DNA from: Lytechinus pictus
Lineage: Eukaryota
Assembly: GCF_037042905.1 (NCBI RefSeq)
Contig: NC_087254.1
Location: forward strand, 10,044,001-10,108,000
Direction: 5' to 3'
DNA length: 64,000 nucleotides
Shown: piece by piece, positions 12,282-24,048 of the stretch
How positions within the stretch are numbered: the first letter of the stretch is position 1
Layout of the letters: each line of letters opens with the position of its first letter
The notes under the pieces: model-generated
Database searches by the model: none
Told to the model about the DNA's origin: nothing
What the model saw: only the letters and a program-made list of their open reading frames with translations
Program-made: the position numbers and the translations under genes

Positions 12282-14489
12282 ATGATGGATGCTAAGACAA
12301 AATTTTTTTTAATTATTCTAATCACATCATATATCCAGAATGCCAGATGTGATCTCTTTTTGGAATACAGTGGTAGCACCAGAGCCGAGGTTAGCATTGG
12401 TACCGTTGCAGCGTTTGAATGTTCCTCGTCATCACGAATCTCTGAAGGCAAATTGCGAACCGGTCGGATTGAATGGGGCAGAAACACAAGATACTCGGTA
12501 TCTACTCAAGTCATTGCACGGTGGACAAATGAGAATGGAATTGAGATCTTAGTCGATAACTCCGATGAACGATACAATATTGAAGGTGGAATCTTATCAA
12601 ATGGACGTTTCAGACAATATCTGACTATTCGAAAAGTTCAACGGATTGACCAGACCGATAGTACTGGGTATTACTGTGCTTTATTCAATTCTTCAGAGAG
12701 TATGTTGGTTAAATCTGGATACGCTCCATTGACTGTCAAATATCCTCCTGCAGAACATTACCCTCTTTGTACCGCGACACCAAATGACATCACCAGAGAA
12801 GTAATGCTTGAGTGTGCATCTGAGAAAACTACTCCAGATGTAACTGTACAATGGTATAAGGACGGTGAGAAGGTGTCAGATGCCCATCCAAGTGGTTACA
12901 AAATGAAATCGACCTATGAGGCCCGTGAAGATGAATTACACGGCGAATTCGAATGCCGACTATATTACGAAGACGGAGCTGATGTTGAGGTTCGTCGATC
13001 CTGTACATTCAGTAAACCTCGAGTGGCTATTTTAAGGATGGGAGGGGAAACTCTAAATGCAGAAAGTATATATCATGCATTTTCTGTATCTAATCCACCT
13101 CTCACATCCGACATCAATTGCACACTGGAAGCATCTTCAGACACTTCTCAACGTTTCGATAAAGAGTTTCCTGGTTATGGGGTGGCAGCCGTTGGACCTG
13201 TAGCTCCAACCGATAATGGTAGCACACTGGTGTGTCAGGCCAAAAATGTTTTCGGAACTGAAGATGCCAGGATGAGAGTATACAGTCCAAGCGATAACCA
13301 GGATGGAGAAACTACTATCCCGTCCGTTGTAACCAGTTATATGCCAGGCGGTCAAGTTCTCCAAGCCACAATTTGGCCCAAAGTACTAGAAATAATTCCT
13401 GGAGAGAACGCGACGTTTGTGTGTAGCTACAGCCTTACCATCCACTCGCATGTTACGGCACAAGTAGAGATCAAATGGGAACATGACGGCACCATTACTA
13501 CTGAGACAGAAGAGAATGTCCTTTTCATAACCAATGCAGAGTATGAAGATTTCAAAGAGACATTGATAACTTGCGTTGCTTCTGTAATTACCGATGACCC
13601 AATGATCAATACGGTTCCTGAACGTAGTTCTGCAACAGTTCGAGTCGGCAAAGCGAGTCCTTGCGACCCCAAACTATTATCTTCAAGTTCGAGGCAAGGA
13701 CAGTCCCAGACCAATATGAAATCATATTATATCGCCGGCATAATCGTTTTGGCCGGATTAGTTTTCATATTGATAATCGCTTTAATGTTTGTGGTGGTTA
13801 GAAAACAGAAACATCAGAAGAAACCTCGCTCTGACTCTGAACAATCTTCCAGCTCTCAAGTCACCTACCGTGCTGATTCTGCCTCTGCAGAAGAAAGACC
13901 TGACAATAGAATCGTCCGTCAAGCATCCATCCAGCGAGCATTACCGGCCGAACCAAATGAACCCGCACCAACCACGACACTCCGATCCGTTGTGACATCA
14001 CCTTCTCCAGCCACTTTGACATTAATCAATGATCCTGACAGACACATGCTGGAATCCATCTCCAGTTGCAACACCTTTAATACAACCACTACGGATCTTC
14101 CATACCAGGAGATGGTGGGCGATACTGGCATCAGCAAGAGCCGCCACGGAAGTGTCTCGAGCAACGTCAATTTCCAACGCCACGTCCCTCTTGTCCGCAG
14201 TCTCTCCATTCCTGCATCGATGATCCCTGTTCCAAATGGAGGCTTCTTGCCTTCAATTGCTGGTGACCATCCTGGTATCCAACGTACGGTGAGCGAAGGT
14301 GCTGATGACGACCCTTACGAAGATCCCGATGCTATTCGAGAGCGTCGTCGGACGAACCGAGCTCCGAACAACGATTACCAGTCGACAACCAGTGGCTTAA
14401 CGATAATGTCCATGGCAATTCAGAATAAGAAACTAGCGTCCCAGTATGTCAACTCATCGCTTACGGATGATTCTGTTTTCCTTGTTTGA
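12282..14489 (+). CDS. Intronless type I membrane IgSF receptor, copy 1 (SP, 4 Ig-like domains, TM, Tyr-motif tail), 735 aa
   Basis: Hydrophobic N-terminus. V-type FEC..IEW..YLTI..GYYC; LEC..QWYKDG..FEC; SNPP..DNGSTLVCQAKN; GENATFVC..IKW..LFI..ITC. TM YYIAGIIVLAGLVFILIIALMFVVV (13725-13799) followed by RKQKHQKK. Open frame kept in the paralog. Confidence 0.93.
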   Translation: MMDAKTKFFLIILITSYIQNARCDLFLEYSGSTRAEVSIGTVAAFECSSSSRISEGKLRTGRIEWGRNTRYSVSTQVIARWTNENGIEILVDNSDERYNIEGGILSNGRFRQYLTIRKVQRIDQTDSTGYYCALFNSSESMLVKSGYAPLTVKYPPAEHYPLCTATPNDITREVMLECASEKTTPDVTVQWYKDGEKVSDAHPSGYKMKSTYEAREDELHGEFECRLYYEDGADVEVRRSCTFSKPRVAILRMGGETLNAESIYHAFSVSNPPLTSDINCTLEASSDTSQRFDKEFPGYGVAAVGPVAPTDNGSTLVCQAKNVFGTEDARMRVYSPSDNQDGETTIPSVVTSYMPGGQVLQATIWPKVLEIIPGENATFVCSYSLTIHSHVTAQVEIKWEHDGTITTETEENVLFITNAEYEDFKETLITCVASVITDDPMINTVPERSSATVRVGKASPCDPKLLSSSSRQGQSQTNMKSYYIAGIIVLAGLVFILIIALMFVVVRKQKHQKKPRSDSEQSSSSQVTYRADSASAEERPDNRIVRQASIQRALPAEPNEPAPTTTLRSVVTSPSPATLTLINDPDRHMLESISSCNTFNTTTTDLPYQEMVGDTGISKSRHGSVSSNVNFQRHVPLVRSLSIPASMIPVPNGGFLPSIAGDHPGIQRTVSEGADDDPYEDPDAIRERRRTNRAPNNDYQSTTSGLTIMSMAIQNKKLASQYVNSSLTDDSVFLV

Positions 14490-15661
14490 GAGAGTGACGA
14501 CTTCAACATTCATCTTTTTTTCACCTCGTTAAAATACCATGATTATCGGAGATTTCTTACATTCCAGGAGGATATCAATAGCAACGAAGCATATACATTG
14601 TGAGAAATTCTGTTTTCTCGAAATATTATTATGCTGATATTATTGTTATGGCATTAAATGTGTAATAGCACCAAAATTATCATTATCGAAAGTTGATTTT
14701 GCCAGAGCAATAACAAAGATGATGACAGAGGTGGTGACGACAAAGATGGCGGTGGTTTTGATAAGGATGGTGATCATAGCAACGAAGAAGAATCGGAGTG
14801 ATGCATTCATTATAATGACAGTGACGACGACAGTCTTACGATGACGAAAGTGATAACGATAATGGTGATGGCGACGACTATAATGATTGTGAGAACTATA
14901 TCAGAAGAATAAGTAAGAAGAAGTTAAAATAATTTTTTGAGGACAGAATAGACATCGAAAAAAGACTTTGTTGTAAGTCATATTAATTTCCCTAAACATG
15001 TTTGGGAATTAAGATCGTTCTCTAATCTTTGTGATTTCTTATTAAACATTATACTATAAAGGCGAACATTTTTAGAACTTAAGACCAGTTGTAACTTATA
15101 TAGGCCTACCAGTTAGGTGCTTGTTTCTTCGAACATGACTAATTTCTTCTTTCAAAAATGTATACTTATATGCATAGTTGTGAAATAATGCTATGTATGT
15201 TCTTCTTGATGTAAAAGAGTGAGTAAGAGACAGTGCTTACCTCTTCGTAATATAATTTAGTTTACATATTTTTATATGTAATGACAAGTTTTAGAGCTGT
15301 TTGGAGAATACATATACATTTTTTTTTATGTCTATTATTTCTTCTTCTAAAGAGATATGTTTAATCAACCACATATGCAGGAGACCTTACAATTCAAACT
15401 CAGATTGATCTTATGTTGTGTATTTATCCGATATATCAAAATATGATCGATCGCGATTTCAATTTCAGTTTGATTCAAATTTATCTCAAATCTTAGACGA
15501 GTCCTTGAGGTCAATGCTAGGATTGGGTCAGATTTGACTTTATTGCAACTCTTAGACGGGTCCCTGAAACAGTTCGATTCGAATTCAGAGCAGCTCTTAA
15601 ATCATCAGCCTGGTCTCTGATCTTCAGAGTAGGTGGATGCATCGATGAGAGAAATAGTTAA

Positions 15662-16147
15662 AGGGATGGTCCAGGCTGGAGATATTTCTATCTCAATAAA
15701 TAGAGTAAAATTCACACAGCAAAATGCTGAAAATTTCATCAAAATCGGATAACAAAGTTATTGAATTTTAAAAATTTGCATTATTCCGGTGTAACAGTTC
15801 TAGTCATGTCTTTTTGAATATTCATTAGGTGGGCTGATGATGTCATATCCCAACTTGTTCTTTTGTATTTTATTATATGAAATAAGGTTTATTCAACACT
15901 TTTCTACCAAGAACTTAAACAATTTGATTAGGTACATTAGTTATTTATTGCCGCAACCTATTTCATCATAACGGAGACACACCATTTACACATTTATGAA
16001 AAAATGAAACAAAATATTGATAAACTTTAAAGTTCAATAACTTTGTTATTTGTTATCTGATTTTGATGAAATTTTCAGCATTTTGCTCTGTGAAATTTAC
16101 CGTATTTATTTAAATATAAATATTTTCAGCCCGGACGTACCATGCCT
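15662..16147. mobile_element. TTAA-flanked non-autonomous DNA transposon (Kolobok-like)
   Basis: ttaa|AGGGATGGTCCAGGCTG ... CAGCCCGGACGTACCATGCCT|ttaa with long imperfect TIRs. Absent from the paralogous flank. Confidence 0.75.
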
Positions 16148-17299
16148 TTAAAGACAGAAACCAATAATCATTATCATTAATGCATTTCCGCGACTGCTAT
16201 TAGGGGCGCTGTTAAGATCCATTGTAGATAGAAGTTTCATTCGGTGAAGGACTATAATAAGGTGTGAATTATACTATTAGTAATGGAAGAATAATCACCG
16301 CAAAGCTCTTCGTGCAGTTTTGATAACCAAACTATACTGGTACTTTATTTCAACAGTAAAATAATTGATGTTTAAACAATAATCAGTTAATTTCTGCAGT
16401 AACGAATGAAGAACTTAAATAATAAATCAAAAATATATTATTTTATAATATTTCATTGTGAATTTCAGTGATGGCAGGGCAAAACAAATGGGATCTCTCA
16501 TATCGGTTTCAATCACTTGTTCTCACACCTAGAATGTTATATATAGGCTTACATTACCGTACTAATTACGGAATATTTTTTTTCAGGTGATGACTATCAT
16601 GGTGCCGAAGGGGGATTACGAATTAATAGCCTGATACATTTGTTCAGTAATTGTGTGTCGATTTTCTTTCATTTATTGAATTAAAAAGGTAAAATGTAGG
16701 GGGTATAGAATATTTTAAAAGGTTCGTTCTATAATATGAATTTACCTTTTTTATGTTTGTAGAGGGGGCAATACAGAAATAAAATAATGAAAAAAGTATA
16801 TATTTTAGATATTAATAAAATGTCAGAAATTATTTAATTTAGAAGGTTACAGAATAGTTCAATTTGAATTAATCTAGATATTTTAAGAACTAGTGGTCAC
16901 ACTTCCTCTGTCTTGCATTTAGATAGTGTGACTGTTGACATATTTCAGCACTCACAATCGACAAAAGAGGAATGTTTACATATTATATGAATATTGAACG
17001 GCAACAATAAATGTACATACACAATGTTGAATGTTTGTTGGACAAGACACAGACCAATGTGAATATTATAATAAATTTAGAATGATGTGTTTACTCTTTA
17101 TATTATTCTCATATCATTAATAGAGCACTTTGCTGTTACAACGTGCTTTAATTATTTTCACTCTATTAATTCAACGATTAATATAAAGGTTTTTTTAATT
17201 TCATTTTAAAAAAAATGAAGATTGAAATATGCACTTAAAGATCGTGTTGCGAAATCGTAGGTCTTCTATCAAGCAATTAATGTTTGTTAAAATGAAAAG

Positions 17300-17590
17300 T
17301 ATGATAATAATAATTATAATAATACTCGGTTCTTTTATAGCGCATCACACATAGCAGATTGCATGTCTGTATGCACTAAAAGTATAGGACAAGCAAAAAG
17401 TGAAAAAATAAGGAACATGTACATACAATTCAATTCACTGGAAAATGATAATAAGTGTTAAAAAGGTATCTCTTAAGAGAAACTTCGAATTTATCTAAGT
17501 TATTTTGGCATTTCATGGAATCAGGAAGTACATTCCACAGTAGCGGAGGTGTGTGAAAAGGAACGTTCACCGTATGATTGTGCCTATGTT
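17300..17590 (-). mobile_element. 3' end fragment of an L2/CR1-type LINE
   Basis: Minus-strand LLWNVLPDSMKCQNNLDKFEVSLKRYLF (typical ORF2 C-terminus), followed by GCGCTATAAAAG and a (TAT)n tail. Confidence 0.75.
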
Positions 17591-17907
17591 GAGATGGAAG
17601 GAAGAAAGATATGACATCCGTGCACATAGAATGTCTAATCAATTGTTTGTATTAAAAAAATAGTTACACTTTATTTGTAGAACAAGAATTGTCAAGATAC
17701 ATTAATGACTCTGGCAGTGTTACAGATACACACTGCATGTATTTAGTGCACTTATCTGTCTGAGTAATAATAATCAAAGCAATTTGATTCTATTTTGTAT
17801 AGAGGTTTGCGTTCCACGCACTCTAAAAATACTGAGTGAAATTATACCAAATGTTGAGTAGAAAGGGAACATGCATGTTTGCTGCCCTTTGCTGGGTTTT
17901 TTTTTCC

Positions 17908-18465
17908 CGCATACATTCGTAATTCCGAAGGTTCGGATATTCCGAAGGTTCGTTATTCCGAAGGTTCGTATTTCCGAATGTTCGTAATTCCGACGGTTCG
18001 TTAGTCCGAAAACGAAATGGGGTTCTTAATTCCGAAGGTTCGTTAGTCCGAAAACGAAGTGGGGTTCGTAATTCCAAAGGTTCGTTAATCCGAAAACGAA
18101 ATGAGATTCGTAATTCCGAAGGTTCGTTAGTCCGAAAACGAAATGATTAACGAACCTTATTTCGTTTTCGGACTAACTAACCTTCGGAACAACGAACCTT
18201 ATTTCGTTTTCGGATTAACGAACCTTCGGAACAACGAACCTTATTTCGTTTTCGGATTAACGAACCTTCGGAACATCGAACCTTATTTCGTTTTCGGATT
18301 ATCGAACCTTCGGAATAACACCACAAATGTTCGGATTAACGAACCCTTTTACGTTTTCGGATTAACGAACATCGAGGTATAGGCAATTTACGTGTTTCGG
18401 AATTACGAACCTTCGGAATAAAGAACCTTCGGAATAAAGAACCTTCGGAATTACGAAGTGTAACC
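17908..18465. mobile_element. Foldback-type element made of two inverted arrays of ~16-bp and ~39-bp subrepeats
   Basis: Left arm (ATTCCGAAGGTTCGTTAGTCCGAAAACGAA)n, right arm its reverse complement. Termini TTCGTAATTCCGAAGG / CCTTCGGAATTACGAA. Confidence 0.8.
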
Positions 18466-20362
18466 ATTTTTTTTACCCCATATCGGGCTATTTCAACGCA
18501 ATATTGCGTAAAATTTTACGTTCCCATTTTACCAATTATTTGGTAAACCCTTTTAAGAGTGCGACGCACGACGGAATCGACAACGTAGTAAATATATTGT
18601 CAAATACCCTTCATGACAGAGAGCAACCAAGAAGTCTTTGTCGAAAATTGGTGAATAAAATTATCATTTCCGTCCTGTGGACTCTGGACGAACGACATAT
18701 TTGCCTTTTCGTTAGCACGGAAATTTAGGACCAGATTGCCATTCCAGCTTCCCAACAATTATTTACAAAGACCTCCCAGCTGTCGATCCTTTGTAATTTG
18801 ACGGTTTTTTTTTTTCAATACTTTAACTGTGCTCTCGAATCTTTCGCCGAGCAAAAAATCCCTGATAGCAGATACCCAAACCTCAACTGAGACATTTTCT
18901 TACCTCCAAACACAGAGCAAACGATTTGGGCACTTTCATTCATTCATTTCATGGTTTATTCATTTCCAGTAAAACAATCATACACATACTGCAGCTAAAA
19001 AGCTGAAATGTAGGTATTTGCAAAGGTATAACAATTGCACATGTAGCATAAAACAATACTGTAATAATGATAAAACTAATGGTACATTAAGAAAATTCCA
19101 GTATACAAAATGAAATTATAATGAAAATATGCACTTCACGAGTTATTAAGGAGATTGATACAATACGGTATTGCACTGTGTTTAAAACGGGAGGTCCTGC
19201 ATTTGTATTGCATAATTATACTTTTGTTTATTGCGTAAAGTCATGCCAACGGAGAGAAAGCTTAGCTACAAATTGTATGATATGATAGAGTCTTACGATC
19301 GATTGATTGTTCTTATCAAAGCAATTTCTTATCAAAGCAATTTATCGAGAAAGAAAGAAAACAGTCCCAGTGTTGATCATTAGGCTATGGTGTATACAGG
19401 GATCTATATTGCACAAAATAATAATGATGCTCTTGCCTGTGTAATATCTTTACCTCATCCATACATCTTGTCATTTAAATATACGTCCTATAATAGGTCC
19501 GTATACATACCCATTTCCAACGATACATGACATAATTATACATAACAAATATAAACTATTTCAAAATTGTATTGAAAGTTAAAAACAAATTGGGACGTAT
19601 AATCATGTCATTCTAAGTAAGAATTTATAAAACCTAAATGACGTTTGATTGACGAGGTTATATACTTCTAAGTTAGGGGCCCTATATATTACTAGTAGGA
19701 GGAACATACATGTACACCGGGGGGGGGGGGGGCAAAAGTGATAATTGTAACGCAAGTAACAGAGAGGGGAAGGGATTGCAAAATGGTATCCAAGCGGTTC
19801 CACGACATTTGCACTGGCGACAATTGCACAGATAGAAACTCTGCACGTAAAGTCAAATATAAAATCTAACCTCCAAAACTAAATGAACTCTAATCCTCAC
19901 TTTAACATACTTTTGAACCAAAAACACTTTACAATCCTAACTCTAACCCCATGCCCTCTGAGATATTGAGACGGGATCAAATGACGCAGGAGCATATGCC
20001 GTGTCACCCTCCAAGCAGGAGATATAAAGCGGCAAAGGTATACTACTGTCACCCCCAACAAAATAGACTCCTGCAGGGCCCGTTGCAGAAAGAGTTGCGT
20101 TTAAACGCAAGCCAAAAAATCAATCACAAGTCCCAAATGCGCGCTGTTGATTGGTTGAAAATCAAGTTGCGCATGATTTGTAGAGTTGCGATTGATTGCA
20201 ACTATTCCTGCACCGGGCCTGACCTATCAATGATATGCCATTCGAAATGACGTTGTTGTGACTTTAATTTAAGAATCTCCGATTATAGTCAAGAGGATTA
20301 CCCAATACCCATTAAAGTCGTCCGTTTCTGCACAAAATGTTGTATTTTACATTCAATGAAGC

Positions 20363-20368
20363 ATTAAA
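20363..20368 (+). terminator. Candidate polyadenylation signal of copy 1 (ATTAAA plus downstream GT-rich tract)
   Basis: Lies in a conserved block GCACAAAAT.TTGTATTTTA..CATTAAACA matched at 48870-48960 after copy 2. Confidence 0.4.
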
Positions 20369-22147
20369 CATGTGCAAACTATGAAATACTGATAGTTGTC
20401 TGTGTTGTTTTTGTCATTCGTATGTTGAGAATGTTTCGTGTGTGTGTTTTTTTTTAGTTATTATATAAAGTAACAAAGATATCTAAGCCTAAATAGGGCC
20501 TGTGCTCATGGCCCTGGGATTCGGGGGTGCCCGAGATTTTTCAGGGGGTGCTGCGTATATTATTGACGATAGGCAGCATTCCCTGGAATTCAGGTTGACA
20601 TACAAACTAACCATGCTAACAAAAAAAAAGGTAGACGAAAAATTATATGGGGAGCAATACCTATTTTTAGCCTGGCGATTTTGTTACCATACCAAAATCC
20701 CCCTTCATCTTGGATTGAAACTTTTTTTGCTTGAAATTTTTTTCCTGAACAAACCTCAGCACCCCTGTTTAAAAATCATTCCCAGGTCCCAGCCTGTGCT
20801 AAAAAAGGAAATATAAAAACAAGTTGGTGACAGTTCATACAAAATCGGGAAAAATTAGGAAAGTTGTGTTTACAAAGATCGACGACTATTATTTCTATTG
20901 TTATAGAAACATCAAATCGGTAAATTGGTCATGAGCATCATGACTCTAAAAAAGTTCATTCTCATTGGGAACATATTAGGGAAGAATTTCATCAAAAGGG
21001 GAGTTTGGATAATATGTTAAAAACTCACAACCTTTTCAACACACTTTATCTGTTTACCAGCCTTTGTACAAACTCCTTTGAAATATTTTTTTTTCAAATT
21101 CTTGTTACGAAATTTATAAGGGGGTTGGAAATAACTAGACCACTATCATGTAAATTCGCTCGGATCTCACTGATTTCACAAACTTCGTTTTTCTCCTCTC
21201 AAAAGTTCTCACTTCAGTTCTTAATTTACCTCTCTCCGACCAAATTCTCTTCACGCCAAGAATGTGAATCAATGATATCTGTACATGCGTCTATATTCTC
21301 TCACAGATATAGAACAGCAAATTAAAATAAGCAGAGCAGACTTTAAGGTTAGACTTGTCCATTTATTAATAAGAGTAGACATTCGAAGAATAGATCCAAT
21401 CCAACTACACTCGATTGAAATGAACTCCAAGACATGCCCCGAGAAACTCCCCTCAAATGCGAATAACCACCCCTTTTATAGAGAGCTAAATCGAGCAAAG
21501 CATCCTTGAGCTACTTTCTATCCTCCCAAGAACAACATTCGTCCTCGGCATAGATGGACTGCACGCCGGACTGCACGCGACTGCCAGTCGGTCCTTGGCG
21601 TTGCATAATAAGGGCAGACTCTGTTTACGAGTGAGGCCCGGACTTATGCAAAACGGGGCCCTGTCTTACAACGAGTTACGATTGATCCAATCAATCGTAA
21701 CTCTATGGAAATCCATCAGTGGCATAATTTTCTATACAGGAAATTTCCACAATGTCGTTTGTAAACAAAGAGAAGCACAGTGAATTTTGAAGAAAACAAT
21801 GAATGCATGAATATACATCTTAGTCAGAAAATATTTTGAACAAACATGATTAATTAATGTTGATGTTGCTGACCGTCCATAGTTACAATTGGTCGGATCG
21901 ATCGCAACTCTTTGTAAAGGCCCGTTTACACCGCATCCGGCACGGCGACCGTGCACGGCATTCCGGCACGGCATACGGCACGCCGTGCTGTTTTCCAGTT
22001 TCCACTGCCCCACGGCACGGCAATAAAGCCGTGCACGGATCCCGTCTAGCAGGCAAAAACCGTCCAATGTACCCATGAAAACCCAAGGCAAAGAAGCCTG
22101 CTTCAGGCGTGGCAAGAAGTAATTTTTAAGGGTTTTCGTGTATCTAA

Positions 22148-23039
22148 AGGGCCGTCTGCACCATCCCGAAGTTTCAAATTAGCGCGCTATTTCTGATCCG
22201 GCAAACTAACCCGATCTGAAAAATCTCGAGATAGTTGGCGGTGCAGACGCTATTATCGCGCTAGTTCGTAGGATTAATCTCGAGATTGCAATCCCAAGTC
22301 AACTCGGGTTTATTTGCAAAATAGCGCGCTATTTTGCGAATTATCCCGCTAATTCGTCGGTGCAGACACACTCGAGATTGGACTCGGGGTAATTTATTCA
22401 TGACGTCAGTCCATAATGCAATTCGCGTTCCACTTCCGCCTTGGTCAAAACAAACACGTGCGTAAGTCAACTTTATACATGCGAATAGCGTTCATAAGCA
22501 ACGATGGTGTCCCCACCAGTGAATGGATTTTGGGAGAGACCCCGGGAGAGACCAGACCGAAGGGGGAGCTGGAGGCGCTCATCGCATCGACGATGGTCAT
22601 ATTCAATAACAACACTGACAGCAGTGTTGTCTTATTCCTTCGCAAAATGTGAGCAAATAGCATTTCTTTCCTCCTTCTCCCTCTCTCTCTCTCTCTCTCT
22701 GTCGTTGCCTCCTACTCCGCCATCATATTTCACGAAGAATACAACACTTCTTCACTCGCTGAGCTGAAAGGATTGTTGCATAACACCGGTTGAATTCGGC
22801 GAAAGTACTAGTGAAAGGAGTTCATCGCTTGCATATCGCGGGAAGTTATTCAAAAGCGCGGGCCGTTGAAACTCGAAGATCCGATAGTGCGCATGCCCGG
22901 AAATAGCGGGTTTGTTGCCGGAATCGCTCTCGTTGGATGGTGCAGACGGGGTTTCGCCAATCTCGAGATTAATCGCGAAGAGGGCTGATCGGGCTAAAAT
23001 CTCGAGATTGAGCAAACTCGGGATGGTGCAGCACCGCCT
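22148..23039 (-). mobile_element. Nested Harbinger-type deletion derivative
   Basis: TAA TSD. TIR core CTGCACCATCCCGA..GTTT. Minus-strand PSVWSLP..KSIHWW(DTIV after a 1-nt shift) resembles a Harbinger transposase N-terminus. Confidence 0.7.
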
Positions 23040-23491
23040 TAATTAATCTTGTCTTGAATTCCACCAAGAAGCATCAATCTGACGGACTGCTCATTGGACA
23101 GACACAAATATTCTTTGTTATTCACTCATATCTATACGGGAATGGATCGTTCTATTTAAATGTAATTGAATTTTGTCATGATTAATCTTTTTATTTTACA
23201 CTTTGCTTTCCATACTTCACTTCCCATTTCTATGCCATTGTCACCTGTTCATCTCATTCCTTAGTTTATATATCAGATTCTATTGCCATTACAACTCCAC
23301 ATGTTTCTATTGTCTTCTCATTTATATTCAGAACATTCTTCTTCATTCATGACCTCGTGCTCATTGGTTTACCTTTCACCCTTAGTTCTTCCACTTTTCT
23401 TGATTCTTCTATTCTCTCTGTTTCTATTAGTTAAATTGGTTATACGAAATTATTTCTGAACATATTTGAATACGGTATATTATTTGTTTAA

Positions 23492-24048
23492 AGGTCAAAT
23501 CCACCCAAGAAAACTGTTGATTTGAATAAATAGAAAAAAGACAAACTAGCATAATTCATGCAGAATCGGATGTAAAATAAGAAAGTTATGACATTTTAAA
23601 GTTTCGCTTATTTTCACAAAAGAGTGATATGCACACCTCAGTGATATGTAAATGAGACAGTTGATGTCCCTTACTATTTCCTTTTTTTATTGTTTGAAAA
23701 ATACAATATTTCATTTATTTGACAATAATGACCAACTTGACTAAACCAATGCTAATTCTACATGTTCAGGGAGGAATTAATTGTTTCTCTTGACAATGAG
23801 AAGAAAATTACATTTCATATTTCATATAATAAAATACAAAATAAATAGTGAGCGAATGACGTTATCAGTCTCCTCATTTGCATACCGATCAGGATGTGTA
23901 TATAACTGTTTTGTGAAAATTAAGCGAAACTTTAAAATGTCATAACTTTCTTATTTTACATCCGAATTTGATGATATTTTCAGTGTTATGCTTGTTGGAT
24001 ATTTCTCTTTTATTAAAATCAACTTTTTTGTTGGGGTGGACTTGTTCT
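23492..24048. mobile_element. Kolobok-like TTAA element (same family as 7955-8529)
   Basis: ttaa|AGGTCAAATCCACCC ... GGGGTGGACTTGTTCT|ttaa; interior aligns with 7955-8529. Confidence 0.8.

Noticed and set aside
13860-13877. ITIM at VTYRAD
   Set aside because: The +3 residue is Asp, not Leu/Val, in both copies
17908-18465. Repetitive ORFs (NEPYFVFGLTNLR)n and a CRISPR-like look
   Set aside because: Translation of a 39-bp tandem repeat within an inverted-repeat element
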